The notes: generated from the sequence alone by a model not told the origin. A DNA stretch of 55,899 nt from a virus (IMGVR_UViG_3300032053_000095:1-55899), one strand, 5' to 3'; counted from the first letter of the stretch, positions 1 through 9,848 are shown. Made by a program: numbers and translations.

Positions 1-503
1 TAAAATTCTATTTCCCACAATCCGCTCGGAATTGTCGTTATCCCGCTCATATTAATAGACCAGGAAGATAAAATCACATTAAGGCCCGATAGTGCCTTGG
101 AAAAAGTAACCGCCGTTCCCTGGGCGGTAAGAGAACTGCCATAATAACCGGCGGAGATAGAACTCACATTACTATTCAAGAAACGCCTTTGCGTGGAGCC
201 AACTAACGAATTAATTTTACTGTTCGTATAATTCGCCGCGTCGGTTCCGGTAGCCACCCGGACTTCATTCATAACGGTATTGGACGAATCCACTATTTGA
301 GTTTTCAGGGAAGTAGTGGAAACTCTAATATTTTCAAAATATCCATTTGTTCCACCAACATTTGTCGCGCCAATGATATCTTTGGCGTTCATGTTCAAGT
401 TTTTCTTCGCTTTATGGTTTCCTAAACCATCACCATGAATCCCTGCAAATACAGAACCAGAACATAAGATCAATAAAAGAAAAATAGAAAATACTTTTTT
501 CAT
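1..503 (-). CDS. Fibre-like protein with signal-peptide-like N-terminus, truncated by the window edge (not in ORF track)
   Basis: Own translation from ATG at 503 after a GGAG SD: MKKVFSIFLLLILCSGSVFAGIHGDGLGNHKAKKNLNMN...TTIPSGLWEIEF, open to position 1. Confidence 0.8.
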   Translation of the reverse strand, partial: MKKVFSIFLLLILCSGSVFAGIHGDGLGNHKAKKNLNMNAKDIIGATNVGGTNGYFENIRVSTTSLKTQIVDSSNTVMNEVRVATGTDAANYTNSKINSLVGSTQRRFLNSNVSSISAGYYGSSLTAQGTAVTFSKALSGLNVILSSWSINMSGITTIPSGLWEIEF

Positions 504-516
504 CTTTAAAACTCCT

Positions 517-2205
517 TTATGGAATCTGAACTTCATCAATATAATAATATAAAGAGGTTCCAGCAGGTAAAATCGCTGAATAAATAGGAGTAGATAATGG
601 AATAGGATATTCAAAATCAACAGGAATACCCTCTAAACAAGTAGTCGTTCCACTTCTATTTGATGCATTAATTTTTATATCACCACCTATTGCGTAAAAA
701 GAAGCCCTAACAACTTCTCCGGCAGGTGAAATAGTTCCAGAAGCATCTATTCCACCGGCTACTCCTGTTGAAACTCTATTAGAATAAAACTTATTTACAA
801 TCGTCCAACTTGACCTTGATTGATTAAGAATATCCTCAAGGGTTCCTTGAGCAGTTGAATCTGGATAATCAGTTGGAAAATTTTTAATCATCCCCGTAGA
901 TTCTAAGATTGAATTTACCACTTTAATCTGATCTATACTTCCACCACGAGGACAAATCGTTCCTTCTATTAAAGAATAAAGTTTATCTAAGTATCCACCA
1001 TAAATATAATTTGTAGTATTTTTCATTAAATCATTAAATTGTGAAATATTCAAAAACCAAGTTGAATGTTGAGTAAGTTCTGTAAATTGAGATATGGTTA
1101 TATAATTAGTTGCGAATTTAGCAAGTTCTTCAAATTGAGTAATAGTCATATAAATAGTAACAGGATTTATAATTCTATCTAAATAACCTCCTCTAATTGT
1201 TACCGTTCCTTCATCAATTTTTACCCAAGAATCTGTTGATGTTTTAACTTTTAATTGACCTTCTGAATCTACTATCGCTTTGTAACTATTATAATAAATA
1301 CTTGAAGTTGAATCCGTTGAAGTTTCTACTCTCAATTCTTTATCTGCCTGAACCTCTGCAATATTGCCATTATAATAAATACCTACTTTAGAATCAGTTG
1401 ATGCTTCTACTTCAAGTTCTCCATCACTCTGGATTTGTGCTTCTTTACCATTATAATTTAAAGTAACTCTTGAACCCGTAGAAGTTTCCACTCTTAATTC
1501 ATTATCCGCTTGAACTTGTGCTAAAAATCCATCATAATAAATTCCAACTTTTGACATAGTATCAGTTTCAACTTGCAGATTTCCTTCATTATCAATTACC
1601 GCATTATATCCATCATAATAAAGTTTCATATCTGAAGTCGTAGAAGTATGCACGAAAAGAAAATCCTCTAAATCACTTCTCAACCTATCCCAATCTGTTC
1701 CGTTAAATCCTAAATTATAAGCAGTAACCGCAAGAGTTTGAGATGAACCTGAAATTCCATTTTGATTAGGAGTAAAAATTTGCGCGGTTCTACCATCATA
1801 ATATAATCCTATAAGAGAATTTGTAGAAGTTCTTGTCCATAAATAATGGTCTTGATCGCTTTTTAATCTATCCCATCCAGTTCCATTATAACCATAAATT
1901 AAATTCTTAACTGTTTCTGCTCTTGTATTAACTGAAACATCATCTAAATTTGCGGAAGATACAGCAAGTTCTATCCAATTATTAAAATTTGAATCCCAAA
2001 CCCAAACCCTATTATGATATGCTCCTGTTGAAATATTATAAGTTTCAAAAGCATTATGAACTCTGTCCCATCCATCATTAATAATATCTGCTATAAGTAA
2101 ATCAGCGGTAGTAGGAGTATCAGTGCTTCCAGAAGGAGTTATCCAAGCAAAAGAAAGAATAGGCATAATAAATAAAAGTCCTAATGCTAAAATTAATTTC
2201 TTCAT
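517..2205 (-). CDS. Repetitive fibre-like protein with signal-peptide-like N-terminus
   Basis: Likely start MKKLILALGLLFIMPILSFA at 2205 (GGAGG SD); (Y/F)NGTxWDRL motifs, five 27-aa repeats, three 16-aa repeats. Confidence 0.7.
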   Translation of the reverse strand: MKKLILALGLLFIMPILSFAWITPSGSTDTPTTADLLIADIINDGWDRVHNAFETYNISTGAYHNRVWVWDSNFNNWIELAVSSANLDDVSVNTRAETVKNLIYGYNGTGWDRLKSDQDHYLWTRTSTNSLIGLYYDGRTAQIFTPNQNGISGSSQTLAVTAYNLGFNGTDWDRLRSDLEDFLFVHTSTTSDMKLYYDGYNAVIDNEGNLQVETDTMSKVGIYYDGFLAQVQADNELRVETSTGSRVTLNYNGKEAQIQSDGELEVEASTDSKVGIYYNGNIAEVQADKELRVETSTDSTSSIYYNSYKAIVDSEGQLKVKTSTDSWVKIDEGTVTIRGGYLDRIINPVTIYMTITQFEELAKFATNYITISQFTELTQHSTWFLNISQFNDLMKNTTNYIYGGYLDKLYSLIEGTICPRGGSIDQIKVVNSILESTGMIKNFPTDYPDSTAQGTLEDILNQSRSSWTIVNKFYSNRVSTGVAGGIDASGTISPAGEVVRASFYAIGGDIKINASNRSGTTTCLEGIPVDFEYPIPLSTPIYSAILPAGTSLYYYIDEVQIP

Positions 2206-2240
2206 TTTAAATCCTCCGTTATTTAATTCGATATTTTTCA

Positions 2241-2615
2241 TTATTTTAATTCCAGATTAATTGAAAAAGTTAATTTCGGCGTTCCTGTTCCGCCTACCGT
2301 ATATGCTACTTTCAAATATCCTGTCCAATCTTCACAAACATGACCACCGAAAATCCAGGGCGCTCCACCAGTAAAAGCTGAGCTTTTAATTTGAGATTCC
2401 TGATAGACCGTTCTCCATTTAGTATCATCAATAGCAGGATCAACCGGAGATGATAAAAGAGTAATATCTAATGTTTGAGTCGTTCCACTTTGAGCAGTAA
2501 TATAAACCACTGCTAAAGCAAAACGGGAAGAACGCCCGTTTATATAATTTGTATATCCTGAACTTGCAGCTCTTTGTGCGGAAGTAAGAATCGTATGATT
2601 GGAAGGGGAAACCAT
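2241..2615 (-). CDS. Hypothetical virion protein, beta-rich (possible decoration protein)
   Basis: AGGAGG SD; lies downstream of the capsid gene; beta-strand pattern. Confidence 0.5.
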   Translation of the reverse strand: MVSPSNHTILTSAQRAASSGYTNYINGRSSRFALAVVYITAQSGTTQTLDITLLSSPVDPAIDDTKWRTVYQESQIKSSAFTGGAPWIFGGHVCEDWTGYLKVAYTVGGTGTPKLTFSINLELK

Positions 2616-2729
2616 TTTATATCCTCCTATCTTGATTTTATTGCAATGTTAGGAACTATATTTATATAATTCCTAATATTACCTCTATTTTAAAATATCA
2701 CTTTCTAAAATAGAGTAATAAGAGGGTAT

Positions 2730-2981
2730 TTATTTTTTCTTCTTCGATTTTTCCTTTTTTATTTTTTTATCCTTTATCACACCATTCGGAGTAACTTCTT
2801 GAGTAGATTTAGATAAGATTTTTTTTTCTTTTACTTCTTGTTTTATTTCTTCAAAATTTGGAACTATAATATCCTCTTCAACTTCAAAAATACTAAAATC
2901 TAAATCAGTTCCTTTTATGATATGTCTTTCTTTTAAGAGCCATTCAATTTCTTTTACATTTGAAGTTTTAATTATTTTCAT
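2730..2981 (-). CDS. Small basic hypothetical protein
   Basis: GGGAG SD, Lys-rich tail. Confidence 0.55.
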   Translation of the reverse strand: MKIIKTSNVKEIEWLLKERHIIKGTDLDFSIFEVEEDIIVPNFEEIKQEVKEKKILSKSTQEVTPNGVIKDKKIKKEKSKKKK

Positions 2982-3006
2982 TTTATCTCCCTTTTAAAAC
3001 TTTAAT

Positions 3007-3040
3007 AAAAAGGAAAGGAAGGAGATTTTACTCTCCTTCC
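3007..3040 (-). terminator. Intrinsic terminator
   Basis: GGAAGGAG/CTCCTTCC stem followed by a U-rich tract on the minus strand. Confidence 0.65.
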
Positions 3041-3052
3041 ATGTTCTTCTTA

Positions 3053-4024
3053 CTAAATATCTGTCGCTAAACCACCACCAGCACTCGCAGTTGAAGTTGC
3101 CATATCAGCATGAATTATGCCCACCGCATCTGACCATGCAATAGTCGTTCCATTTCCTGAATAAACAGCACAATTTTTCAAGGCGATTTTAGTTATACCA
3201 TCTGTCGGAGTTACAAGCCCAAAAGCATAAGTTCCGTGATAACCTCCACTAACAGAAGTATAAATAAACATACAGTCTTTAAACCAAGTCAAACCCGACA
3301 AACCGCCCGCATCATTCATCTTGACAAGAGGATGGTTTGTGTTATGTTCTATCCTGCGATAAATAACGCAATTGTCAAAATTATTTTTGGAAGCACCAGC
3401 ATCAAAAAGAATTTCACTATTTGCGGTAGTTCCCGCAGAAATCGTATCGCCACCAATCAAACAATTTACGAACCTATTCTCATCAGCATCATTCAAACAA
3501 AGAGAATAAGCATCTGCCGCATCCTGTAAATCATTTCCGCCTATTCCGTAAATGTGGCAATTTTCAAAACAATTTTTCGTTCCTGTAACCTGAACACAAC
3601 CCTTAGAAGTCGCATCTGCTACACCTTGATAAAAATAAAGATTTCTAAAGGTATTCCCTGTACCAGTAACATCAACCATAGGAGTAAGTCCAGTCGTTGT
3701 AGAAGTCTGAAAAATCCTTGCCCTTCCGCCAAGAATACAATTAGAAGAAATACCTATAAAATGACAATATGATTTCTCCCATGTAAGTTTTGCCGAAAGG
3801 TTTATCGCAGAAGCACCACTCAAATAATAAAGCACATCATTTTTTCCGGTTGTTAAAGCAGCATAAGCAACAGTTAGAGTTTTAAATGCTCTATCCGGCT
3901 TCTTACCATTATGTCCATCACTTCCATTCACCGGGTCAAGAAAAAAAGAAGTTCCACCTGTAAGAAAACCTTGATTCCCTATCGGAACTCCTGCGCTTAA
4001 AATCCCATCCTTAAAATTAATCAT
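3053..4024 (-). CDS. Right-handed beta-helix (pectin-lyase-like) virion protein, probable head fibre/decoration
   Basis: FFLDPVNGSDGHNGKKPDRAFKTL cap motif; repeated NxFxNC coils; directly after the capsid gene. Confidence 0.7.
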   Translation of the reverse strand: MINFKDGILSAGVPIGNQGFLTGGTSFFLDPVNGSDGHNGKKPDRAFKTLTVAYAALTTGKNDVLYYLSGASAINLSAKLTWEKSYCHFIGISSNCILGGRARIFQTSTTTGLTPMVDVTGTGNTFRNLYFYQGVADATSKGCVQVTGTKNCFENCHIYGIGGNDLQDAADAYSLCLNDADENRFVNCLIGGDTISAGTTANSEILFDAGASKNNFDNCVIYRRIEHNTNHPLVKMNDAGGLSGLTWFKDCMFIYTSVSGGYHGTYAFGLVTPTDGITKIALKNCAVYSGNGTTIAWSDAVGIIHADMATSTASAGGGLATDI

Positions 4025-4078
4025 ACTATTACCCTCCTTAAAGGTAATGCTTCAAGTTTTCCTTGAAGCAGTATTAAA

Positions 4079-4113
4079 TTAAAAGAGAGAGGGTTTCAAA
4101 ACACCCTCTCTCT
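4079..4113 (-). terminator. Intrinsic terminator after capsid gene
   Basis: AGAGAGAGGGT/ACCCTCTCTCT stem plus U tract. Confidence 0.75.
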
Positions 4114-4126
4114 CTAATTCCTATCG

Positions 4127-6652
4127 TTATACTCCCGTCCCTGCTCCCAGATACAGCCCGGCATTATCAACCATTGTATAGCCATATTCATGCCGAACTT
4201 TGTAAACTATATCATCTGCTGTCAGGTTGCTCCCAATCTTCGGGTCATCTGCAACCAATACTTCCGGCTCTTCCTTCCCATCAACAAAACCAACTTCAAA
4301 CATATCACATTGAGTTTTATCAGCCACCGCAACCCAATAATACTGATATGTAGAACCCCTAAGATAAGGACAATAAATCTTTCCTAAGCCCTTATGCTCA
4401 TTAGGTTCTGTTGAAGCCGCATCTTCGGGATTATAATCAGCACCAGTAAGACTGTTAACCTTCGCCCTCAATGCTTTTCCATAAATTACTGATTTCATCG
4501 TAAGTCCGATTTCCTCATCATCAACCTGTGCCGCTGAAATTTCATACTTTGAACTTGAAGTAAGAGTCGCCGTCCAAGCCGCAGTAGTGAAAGTTGTTCC
4601 ATCATTTGCCGAAATAACCCTTGTTTCACCAGCACCTGGTCCGTAAACTATTCTTGCATAATAACCAACCAGAGCTGAACCAGTAAAACCAGCATCCGCA
4701 TCGGTTACAACTGTACCCGCTCCATTAACACTATCCACCGTTCCTACTGCTGAAGCCGTTCCTCTCTCCATCCTTCCCGCAATCGCCACGCTCGCATCGG
4801 TAAGATGGTCATAGGAAATGTTATTCGTTACATAATTTCCATGAGAGGTTGTCGCCCAAGCCCTATTCGTCGGTGTATAGGTGGAATTCGCCATCAAGAA
4901 ATAAGCAATATCATAAGCCAACGTATCCCTACCAGCCCGTGCAACCTTGCCGGGAATAGTTTGAATATATCTAAGGTCATCATTTTTAATCGTTTCCCTA
5001 GATACATAAATCAACCCACCCTTTTTCGCAGGCGTGTAGGTGGCTTCTTCATCATGAGGTTCATACAGGTCGCCATATGTACCGCGCTGTGCAACAGTAG
5101 GTAGTCTAGAAAAACCTCCCCACCTTACAACTTCCTGCTGTTTGAAATTTGACACAGGAACTTTACTCACGATAGAATCAAATATAAAAGGAATTTTCGC
5201 ATATTCCTTGCCAACCTTCCTCGTCATTGAAGTTCCAAGAGCATAAGAGAAATCAGTAGTAATAATATTTTCTGTCAACCGCTGATTTTTCCTTGAAGCA
5301 CTTTTCCCCATCGTAACATTAGGGTCATTAGGGTTATAAGCCCTATATGCTTCTTTCAAGCCCTTAAATCCTTCCTTAACTGATTCTTTCAGCTTTCCAT
5401 CAAGAACCGCTTCGGGATCAACAAGTAAATCAAGCCGTGCCTGCAATTTATCTTCTTCGGCTTCGGTAATTTCCACTTTCGTATCTCCCAAACCCTTGAT
5501 GCCAAGAGATTCAGCAAGTTTATCAAGAGTTTTTCTTTCGGAAGCAAGAATCTTATCAAGTTCTGCTTTCTCAAAAACCTTTCCATCAAACTGCTCTTTC
5601 ACTTTCTCCTTAATCGCTTCAGGCAGTTTAGATTCAGCAAGAACCTTTATAAGAGTAGCTTCGCAATTCGCCTTCTTCGTTTCCTGAATCATCTTATTGG
5701 CAGTTGCGATCGCTTCGTCAAGTTCTTTCTTTTTCCCTTCAAGACTTTCATCAACTTTCTTTTCTTCCACTTTCTTTTCTTCTACCTTTTTTTCTTCAAC
5801 TTTCTTAACCGGAACGCTTGCTTTAATTTTCGTTTTCAACTGCTTCAAATAACTCACCGCTTCCTTAACCTTTCCGGCTTCTATCATCTCAATAATCTTG
5901 TTCTCCAAATCGGAAATAAAAGTAGTAACATCTTCTTTCAATTCCTTCGGAGGAAAACTTTCACTTTCAAGAATCCCCTTAATAAGAGCAACTTCCTGCT
6001 CCGGGGTAATTTTTTCTACGTCAATTCCTTCAATAAGACTTTCCTTTATTCCTTTAGCAAACGCATACAACTTTTTCAACCACTCCATTTGTTCCTCCTC
6101 AATTATTTCCAGCCCTGCAAGTAATCTGCATAATTGACCACCTGCTGCCGGATTAGATACTATCGTAACTTCTTCTATACTCCTTATCTCTTTTACCACT
6201 CCGTCTTTATCAACCTCTCCATCACCATCAATAGAAAAACCCAATAAGGATTTCTTGCCATGTTCCCAAGCATCTTTCAAAAATTTTTGTAACCATTCTG
6301 CGTTTTCTGAAATATGTAATTTAGCAAGAATACCTTCTTGAGATTTTCCCTGTTCATCCTCAAAACTTGCATAACGCGGATTATCATACCAACCCACGAT
6401 ATTCTTTATGCAACCTTCTGGGATAATCTTACGAATTGTTTCAGGTAAATGATTCCATACTTTACCTTTAAACTCGTAAGCATAAGCACGGGCATTTTCA
6501 AAAAGGTTAGTGGCTTTCTTTAGAACTTCCGGAGGGTAAGTTTTGTTATTAAGAGATTTACCTGCTTGAATAAGGACTACTTCCCATTCCTTACCTTGAG
6601 CATCCTTAGATTCAATCAGTCTTGCTTGATAGTTTGTTTTGAATTTCACCAA
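4127..6652 (-). CDS. Fused prohead protease + scaffold + major capsid protein (HK97 fold, Mu gpT-like C-terminus)
   Basis: N-terminal SLNNKTYPPEVL...GFSIDG...VTIVSNPAAGG protease motifs; KKVEE-repeat scaffold; capsid motifs VSRETIKNDDL, FEVGFVDGKEEPE, YKVRHEYG. Confidence 0.88.
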   Translation of the reverse strand: MVKFKTNYQARLIESKDAQGKEWEVVLIQAGKSLNNKTYPPEVLKKATNLFENARAYAYEFKGKVWNHLPETIRKIIPEGCIKNIVGWYDNPRYASFEDEQGKSQEGILAKLHISENAEWLQKFLKDAWEHGKKSLLGFSIDGDGEVDKDGVVKEIRSIEEVTIVSNPAAGGQLCRLLAGLEIIEEEQMEWLKKLYAFAKGIKESLIEGIDVEKITPEQEVALIKGILESESFPPKELKEDVTTFISDLENKIIEMIEAGKVKEAVSYLKQLKTKIKASVPVKKVEEKKVEEKKVEEKKVDESLEGKKKELDEAIATANKMIQETKKANCEATLIKVLAESKLPEAIKEKVKEQFDGKVFEKAELDKILASERKTLDKLAESLGIKGLGDTKVEITEAEEDKLQARLDLLVDPEAVLDGKLKESVKEGFKGLKEAYRAYNPNDPNVTMGKSASRKNQRLTENIITTDFSYALGTSMTRKVGKEYAKIPFIFDSIVSKVPVSNFKQQEVVRWGGFSRLPTVAQRGTYGDLYEPHDEEATYTPAKKGGLIYVSRETIKNDDLRYIQTIPGKVARAGRDTLAYDIAYFLMANSTYTPTNRAWATTSHGNYVTNNISYDHLTDASVAIAGRMERGTASAVGTVDSVNGAGTVVTDADAGFTGSALVGYYARIVYGPGAGETRVISANDGTTFTTAAWTATLTSSSKYEISAAQVDDEEIGLTMKSVIYGKALRAKVNSLTGADYNPEDAASTEPNEHKGLGKIYCPYLRGSTYQYYWVAVADKTQCDMFEVGFVDGKEEPEVLVADDPKIGSNLTADDIVYKVRHEYGYTMVDNAGLYLGAGTGV

Positions 6653-6748
6653 AGCTCCGAAAATAAAAAATTTTTTATTCTCGTTCGGCTTTGGCTACTT
6701 TTCCTTCAGAAAGGAATTTGGCTATATGCGGAACTACTAATTGATAAG

Positions 6749-6777
6749 GTTATAACTTATTTAAATGCATTTGTCAA
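6749..6777 (-). promoter_or_regulatory. Sigma70-type promoter for the capsid operon
   Basis: TTGACA-N17-TATAAC with AT-rich UP element. Confidence 0.8.
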
Positions 6778-6803
6778 GGGTTTTTTAAAACAATTTCCTT
6801 TTC

Positions 6804-8423
6804 TTAATCTTTCGTTAAAAGCAATCCACCGTTTCCGGTTGAAGAAATTTTATAAATTTTCCCATTATAACTTACGGAAGTAGAAGTAAATCCCCTCCCA
6901 AATTCAACTATATCCCCTGTAATTGATATATTATTTTGCATAGATTCTTTCACCTTATTTGTTCCTTTCAAAAGAACCCATCCTGATTCAACTAGATTCA
7001 TAAGCCAGTAACCTTTTAAAAGTTTTCCGTTAAACTCAATTGAACGAAAATCATCTGTGCTCTCTATTATATTAAACGTTCCTGAATCCTTAATTTCAAC
7101 AGTCATGATAGATTCAGTTAAATTTCCATAAATAGATCCACCCGCTTTTTTCGTAGGAAGTTCCCCTTGCCAGTTCATCCATTCTTTGTAATCTTTTCCA
7201 TCAGGAGTATTAACATTTATTAATGTAAAATTTAAAGGTATTTCAGATTCTTTCAAAATATCCTTTTTAAGATTAAACTTTTCAATATATTCTTTCCCGG
7301 TATCAATAAGCAATTCATATATAGGAGATAATATTGATTCTTTAATATCTTTATTATATTTAATTCTTAAAGTAAATCTATTTTCATTAATATCAGTTTT
7401 TTCAAATTCATCAATCGGGGTATATTCAATATTCCTTTTTTCAAGTTCATCAGTTAAAACTTCATAAGCACTTAATATTTCCTTATCATCTTTTTTTGCT
7501 CCCCTTATAGTCCAAAGTTCATAAATATATTTTAATCTACCTTCAAGTTCTTCTTCTGTTTCTTTGGATATTAATTCAGGAGTCCAATCAATTTTATCAT
7601 ACTTAGGTTCATTAACTGCTTCTTTAAATTTATTTTGTGCTTCTTCCCATAAATTCGGATTCGTATTATCTGAAAATTTATCACTCGCTTTCCCATCTTT
7701 TATTTCTTTAACATAAACTATATCACCCTTACCATCTCCATTCATAGCCCATTCTTTAAAATCACTTTCACAAAACCAAGCATGTCCCATTCCCTCTGCC
7801 CATAATGCTTCATATAAAGGTTTTTTCTCACATCCTTCTTTCATACACTTATCTCTTTTATGTTTCGCTTCTTCTATCGGTAAACATTTATCAACATTTT
7901 CAGGAATAGTAATACCATCTTTTTTAATTTTTTTAAACATATTCTGATATAATTCTATTGATTTATTTTTCCAGTTTTCAGGATTAAATTTTTGCCTTCC
8001 TCTTATAAGCATTTCTTTAAGTATCAACTCCGTATCATCTAAAATTTCTGATTCTGATAAAATAACTTCTTTATCTTCTTTCAAGTTAGTATATTGCTTT
8101 GAACAATATCTCAAATCTTCAATAAGTTTTCCATCCTCTGATTCTTTAATATCTTTCGCTGGTTCAAAACTAATATACTTAATATTATTATCCTCTATCC
8201 ATTTCTTCGCTTGTTCTTCCGTATATTTATCTTTCGGAAATCTTATCGCTTGCGGAATTACAGGATCATTCTCTTTTGCTATTCCTTTCATCTTAGCCCA
8301 AATAACTTCTACTCCTGCTGGTAAAGTCTTTCCGTAAATCGGTGAATCATTTCTCCTAAAAGAAGTCGGCTCAAACTTATCTGGATTTAAAAGACGAAAA
8401 CTGTGCTGGTTAAGAAATGGCAT
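6804..8423 (-). CDS. Multidomain head-region protein with C-terminal LigD phosphoesterase-like segment
   Basis: N-terminal HSFRLLNPDKF..SFRR..QAIRFPK module; Cys/His module; IKDSGTFNIIESTDDFRSIEFNGKLLKGYWLM resembles the end of the LigD PE domain. Confidence 0.5.
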   Translation of the reverse strand: MPFLNQHSFRLLNPDKFEPTSFRRNDSPIYGKTLPAGVEVIWAKMKGIAKENDPVIPQAIRFPKDKYTEEQAKKWIEDNNIKYISFEPAKDIKESEDGKLIEDLRYCSKQYTNLKEDKEVILSESEILDDTELILKEMLIRGRQKFNPENWKNKSIELYQNMFKKIKKDGITIPENVDKCLPIEEAKHKRDKCMKEGCEKKPLYEALWAEGMGHAWFCESDFKEWAMNGDGKGDIVYVKEIKDGKASDKFSDNTNPNLWEEAQNKFKEAVNEPKYDKIDWTPELISKETEEELEGRLKYIYELWTIRGAKKDDKEILSAYEVLTDELEKRNIEYTPIDEFEKTDINENRFTLRIKYNKDIKESILSPIYELLIDTGKEYIEKFNLKKDILKESEIPLNFTLINVNTPDGKDYKEWMNWQGELPTKKAGGSIYGNLTESIMTVEIKDSGTFNIIESTDDFRSIEFNGKLLKGYWLMNLVESGWVLLKGTNKVKESMQNNISITGDIVEFGRGFTSTSVSYNGKIYKISSTGNGGLLLTKD

Positions 8424-8427
8424 AATA

Positions 8428-8796
8428 CTACCTCCCTGTTAATTCTTTATTTTTCCTTAAATCTCTTTTAAAATTGTTCCATTGAAATTTTAACTTCTTT
8501 TTATAATATCCTAAACTTAAATTTTCCTTAAAAGGATTTTCTATTTCTACGCATACTGGTGGCTGGCTTTGTCCATACCAAACCCAAAGCCAAATCTTTC
8601 CGGTAAATAAAAATTTAATTCTTTCAAACATATTCGCTTTCCATAAACTTATACATCTTTGTTTGTCTTCATTCCAAACAGGAAGTTCAGAACATTCATC
8701 ATCTTTTACTCCTTCAGGTTTCTTTAAAATCTTTGTCTGTTCTTTAAAGGAAATTGGCTTCACTTTACCTCCAACCTGGCATATAATTTTCTTCAT
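8428..8796 (-). CDS. Hypothetical phage protein
   Basis: LPV..CISLWK...ERIKFLFTGKIWL...QPP pattern typical of small phage proteins. Confidence 0.6.
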   Translation of the reverse strand: MKKIICQVGGKVKPISFKEQTKILKKPEGVKDDECSELPVWNEDKQRCISLWKANMFERIKFLFTGKIWLWVWYGQSQPPVCVEIENPFKENLSLGYYKKKLKFQWNNFKRDLRKNKELTGR

Positions 8797-9592
8797 GGCA
8801 ATTACAATTTATCCGGTTTTCCGGACTGGCATTCATATCTCCTGGATACATCAACTTTTCTCCACCTACATCAAAAGGTTCATCTATATCTCTTATTTGT
8901 CCATCCGCTTCTAAATGAGATATAAAACCTCTACCACCACCCATATCTTTATCCCTAGGATTAAATCCCGTTACCCAAATTCTTTTCATATCTGGTAAAA
9001 TCTCTAACGTTTCCTCATCTCTTAAATGTTTTGATAAAGAGTAAGCACTATTAATTTCAGTTCTCGCAATCTTATCGGCTCTATTCATATATCCAAAATC
9101 TTTATTAACTCCAATTATCTCATCAATCTTTCTTGCGGTATCAAAAGTATTATCTCCTTTTAAAAGTGATTTTCTTATTTCTCTCGCAACATCATCCTTC
9201 ATTTCACTTCCCATATTCTTAATAACATCTATTGCATAATTCTTTGAAACTGCTATCAATTCATCTGATAACTTCCCGAAGGTATAACTATATCCTATAT
9301 CTTTTAGAATTGAAGGCATCAAACTTGAACCCTGATTAAAAGCATAATCCCTACTTGATAAAATATTTCCATTCATTTTTCTTGTATATTCATCTATCTT
9401 TTCATCTATACCTCTTAATATATTTCTATAATATCCCATCTCAAATCTTTTTACATCTTTCAACTTCATGGTAATTTCTTGCTTGACTTTTTCAAGGTCA
9501 GAAAGCAAACCTTTAATCGTTGACTTCTGATTAAATCGTAAATTCTTTAATGTTTCTTTCGTATTTCTTTCAAGTATTTGCTTTCTTGTCAT
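8765..9592 (-). CDS. Minor head protein (MuF / SPP1 gp7-like)
   Basis: RADKIARTE, KRIW, H.EADGQ...PFDVGGEKLMYPGD, INCNC motifs; downstream of portal. Confidence 0.9.
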   Translation of the reverse strand: MTRKQILERNTKETLKNLRFNQKSTIKGLLSDLEKVKQEITMKLKDVKRFEMGYYRNILRGIDEKIDEYTRKMNGNILSSRDYAFNQGSSLMPSILKDIGYSYTFGKLSDELIAVSKNYAIDVIKNMGSEMKDDVAREIRKSLLKGDNTFDTARKIDEIIGVNKDFGYMNRADKIARTEINSAYSLSKHLRDEETLEILPDMKRIWVTGFNPRDKDMGGGRGFISHLEADGQIRDIDEPFDVGGEKLMYPGDMNASPENRINCNCHEENYMPGWR

Positions 9593-9848
9593 TTTCTATC
9601 CCTATAATTTTATTTAATTCTTCACCATTCAATCCAAAATATAATAATTTTCTATCACTATTCAAAAATTCTTTTATTTCATCTGGTAATTTCTTTTTAA
9701 ATTCATCTCTTGATTCAAGTATTTCTCCACAAATTCTTTTTTCTTCTGCTAACTTAGATGAATGATATTTACAAATTTCATCCATAATTTCCCTTGGATT
9801 ATTAGTTCCTTCATTTTTAACTAAAACTAATACTACTGAATATCCCAT
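9570..9848 (-). CDS. Hypothetical protein
   Basis: Start overlaps the portal stop codon. Confidence 0.5.
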   Translation of the reverse strand: MGYSVVLVLVKNEGTNNPREIMDEICKYHSSKLAEEKRICGEILESRDEFKKKLPDEIKEFLNSDRKLLYFGLNGEELNKIIGIENDKKANT

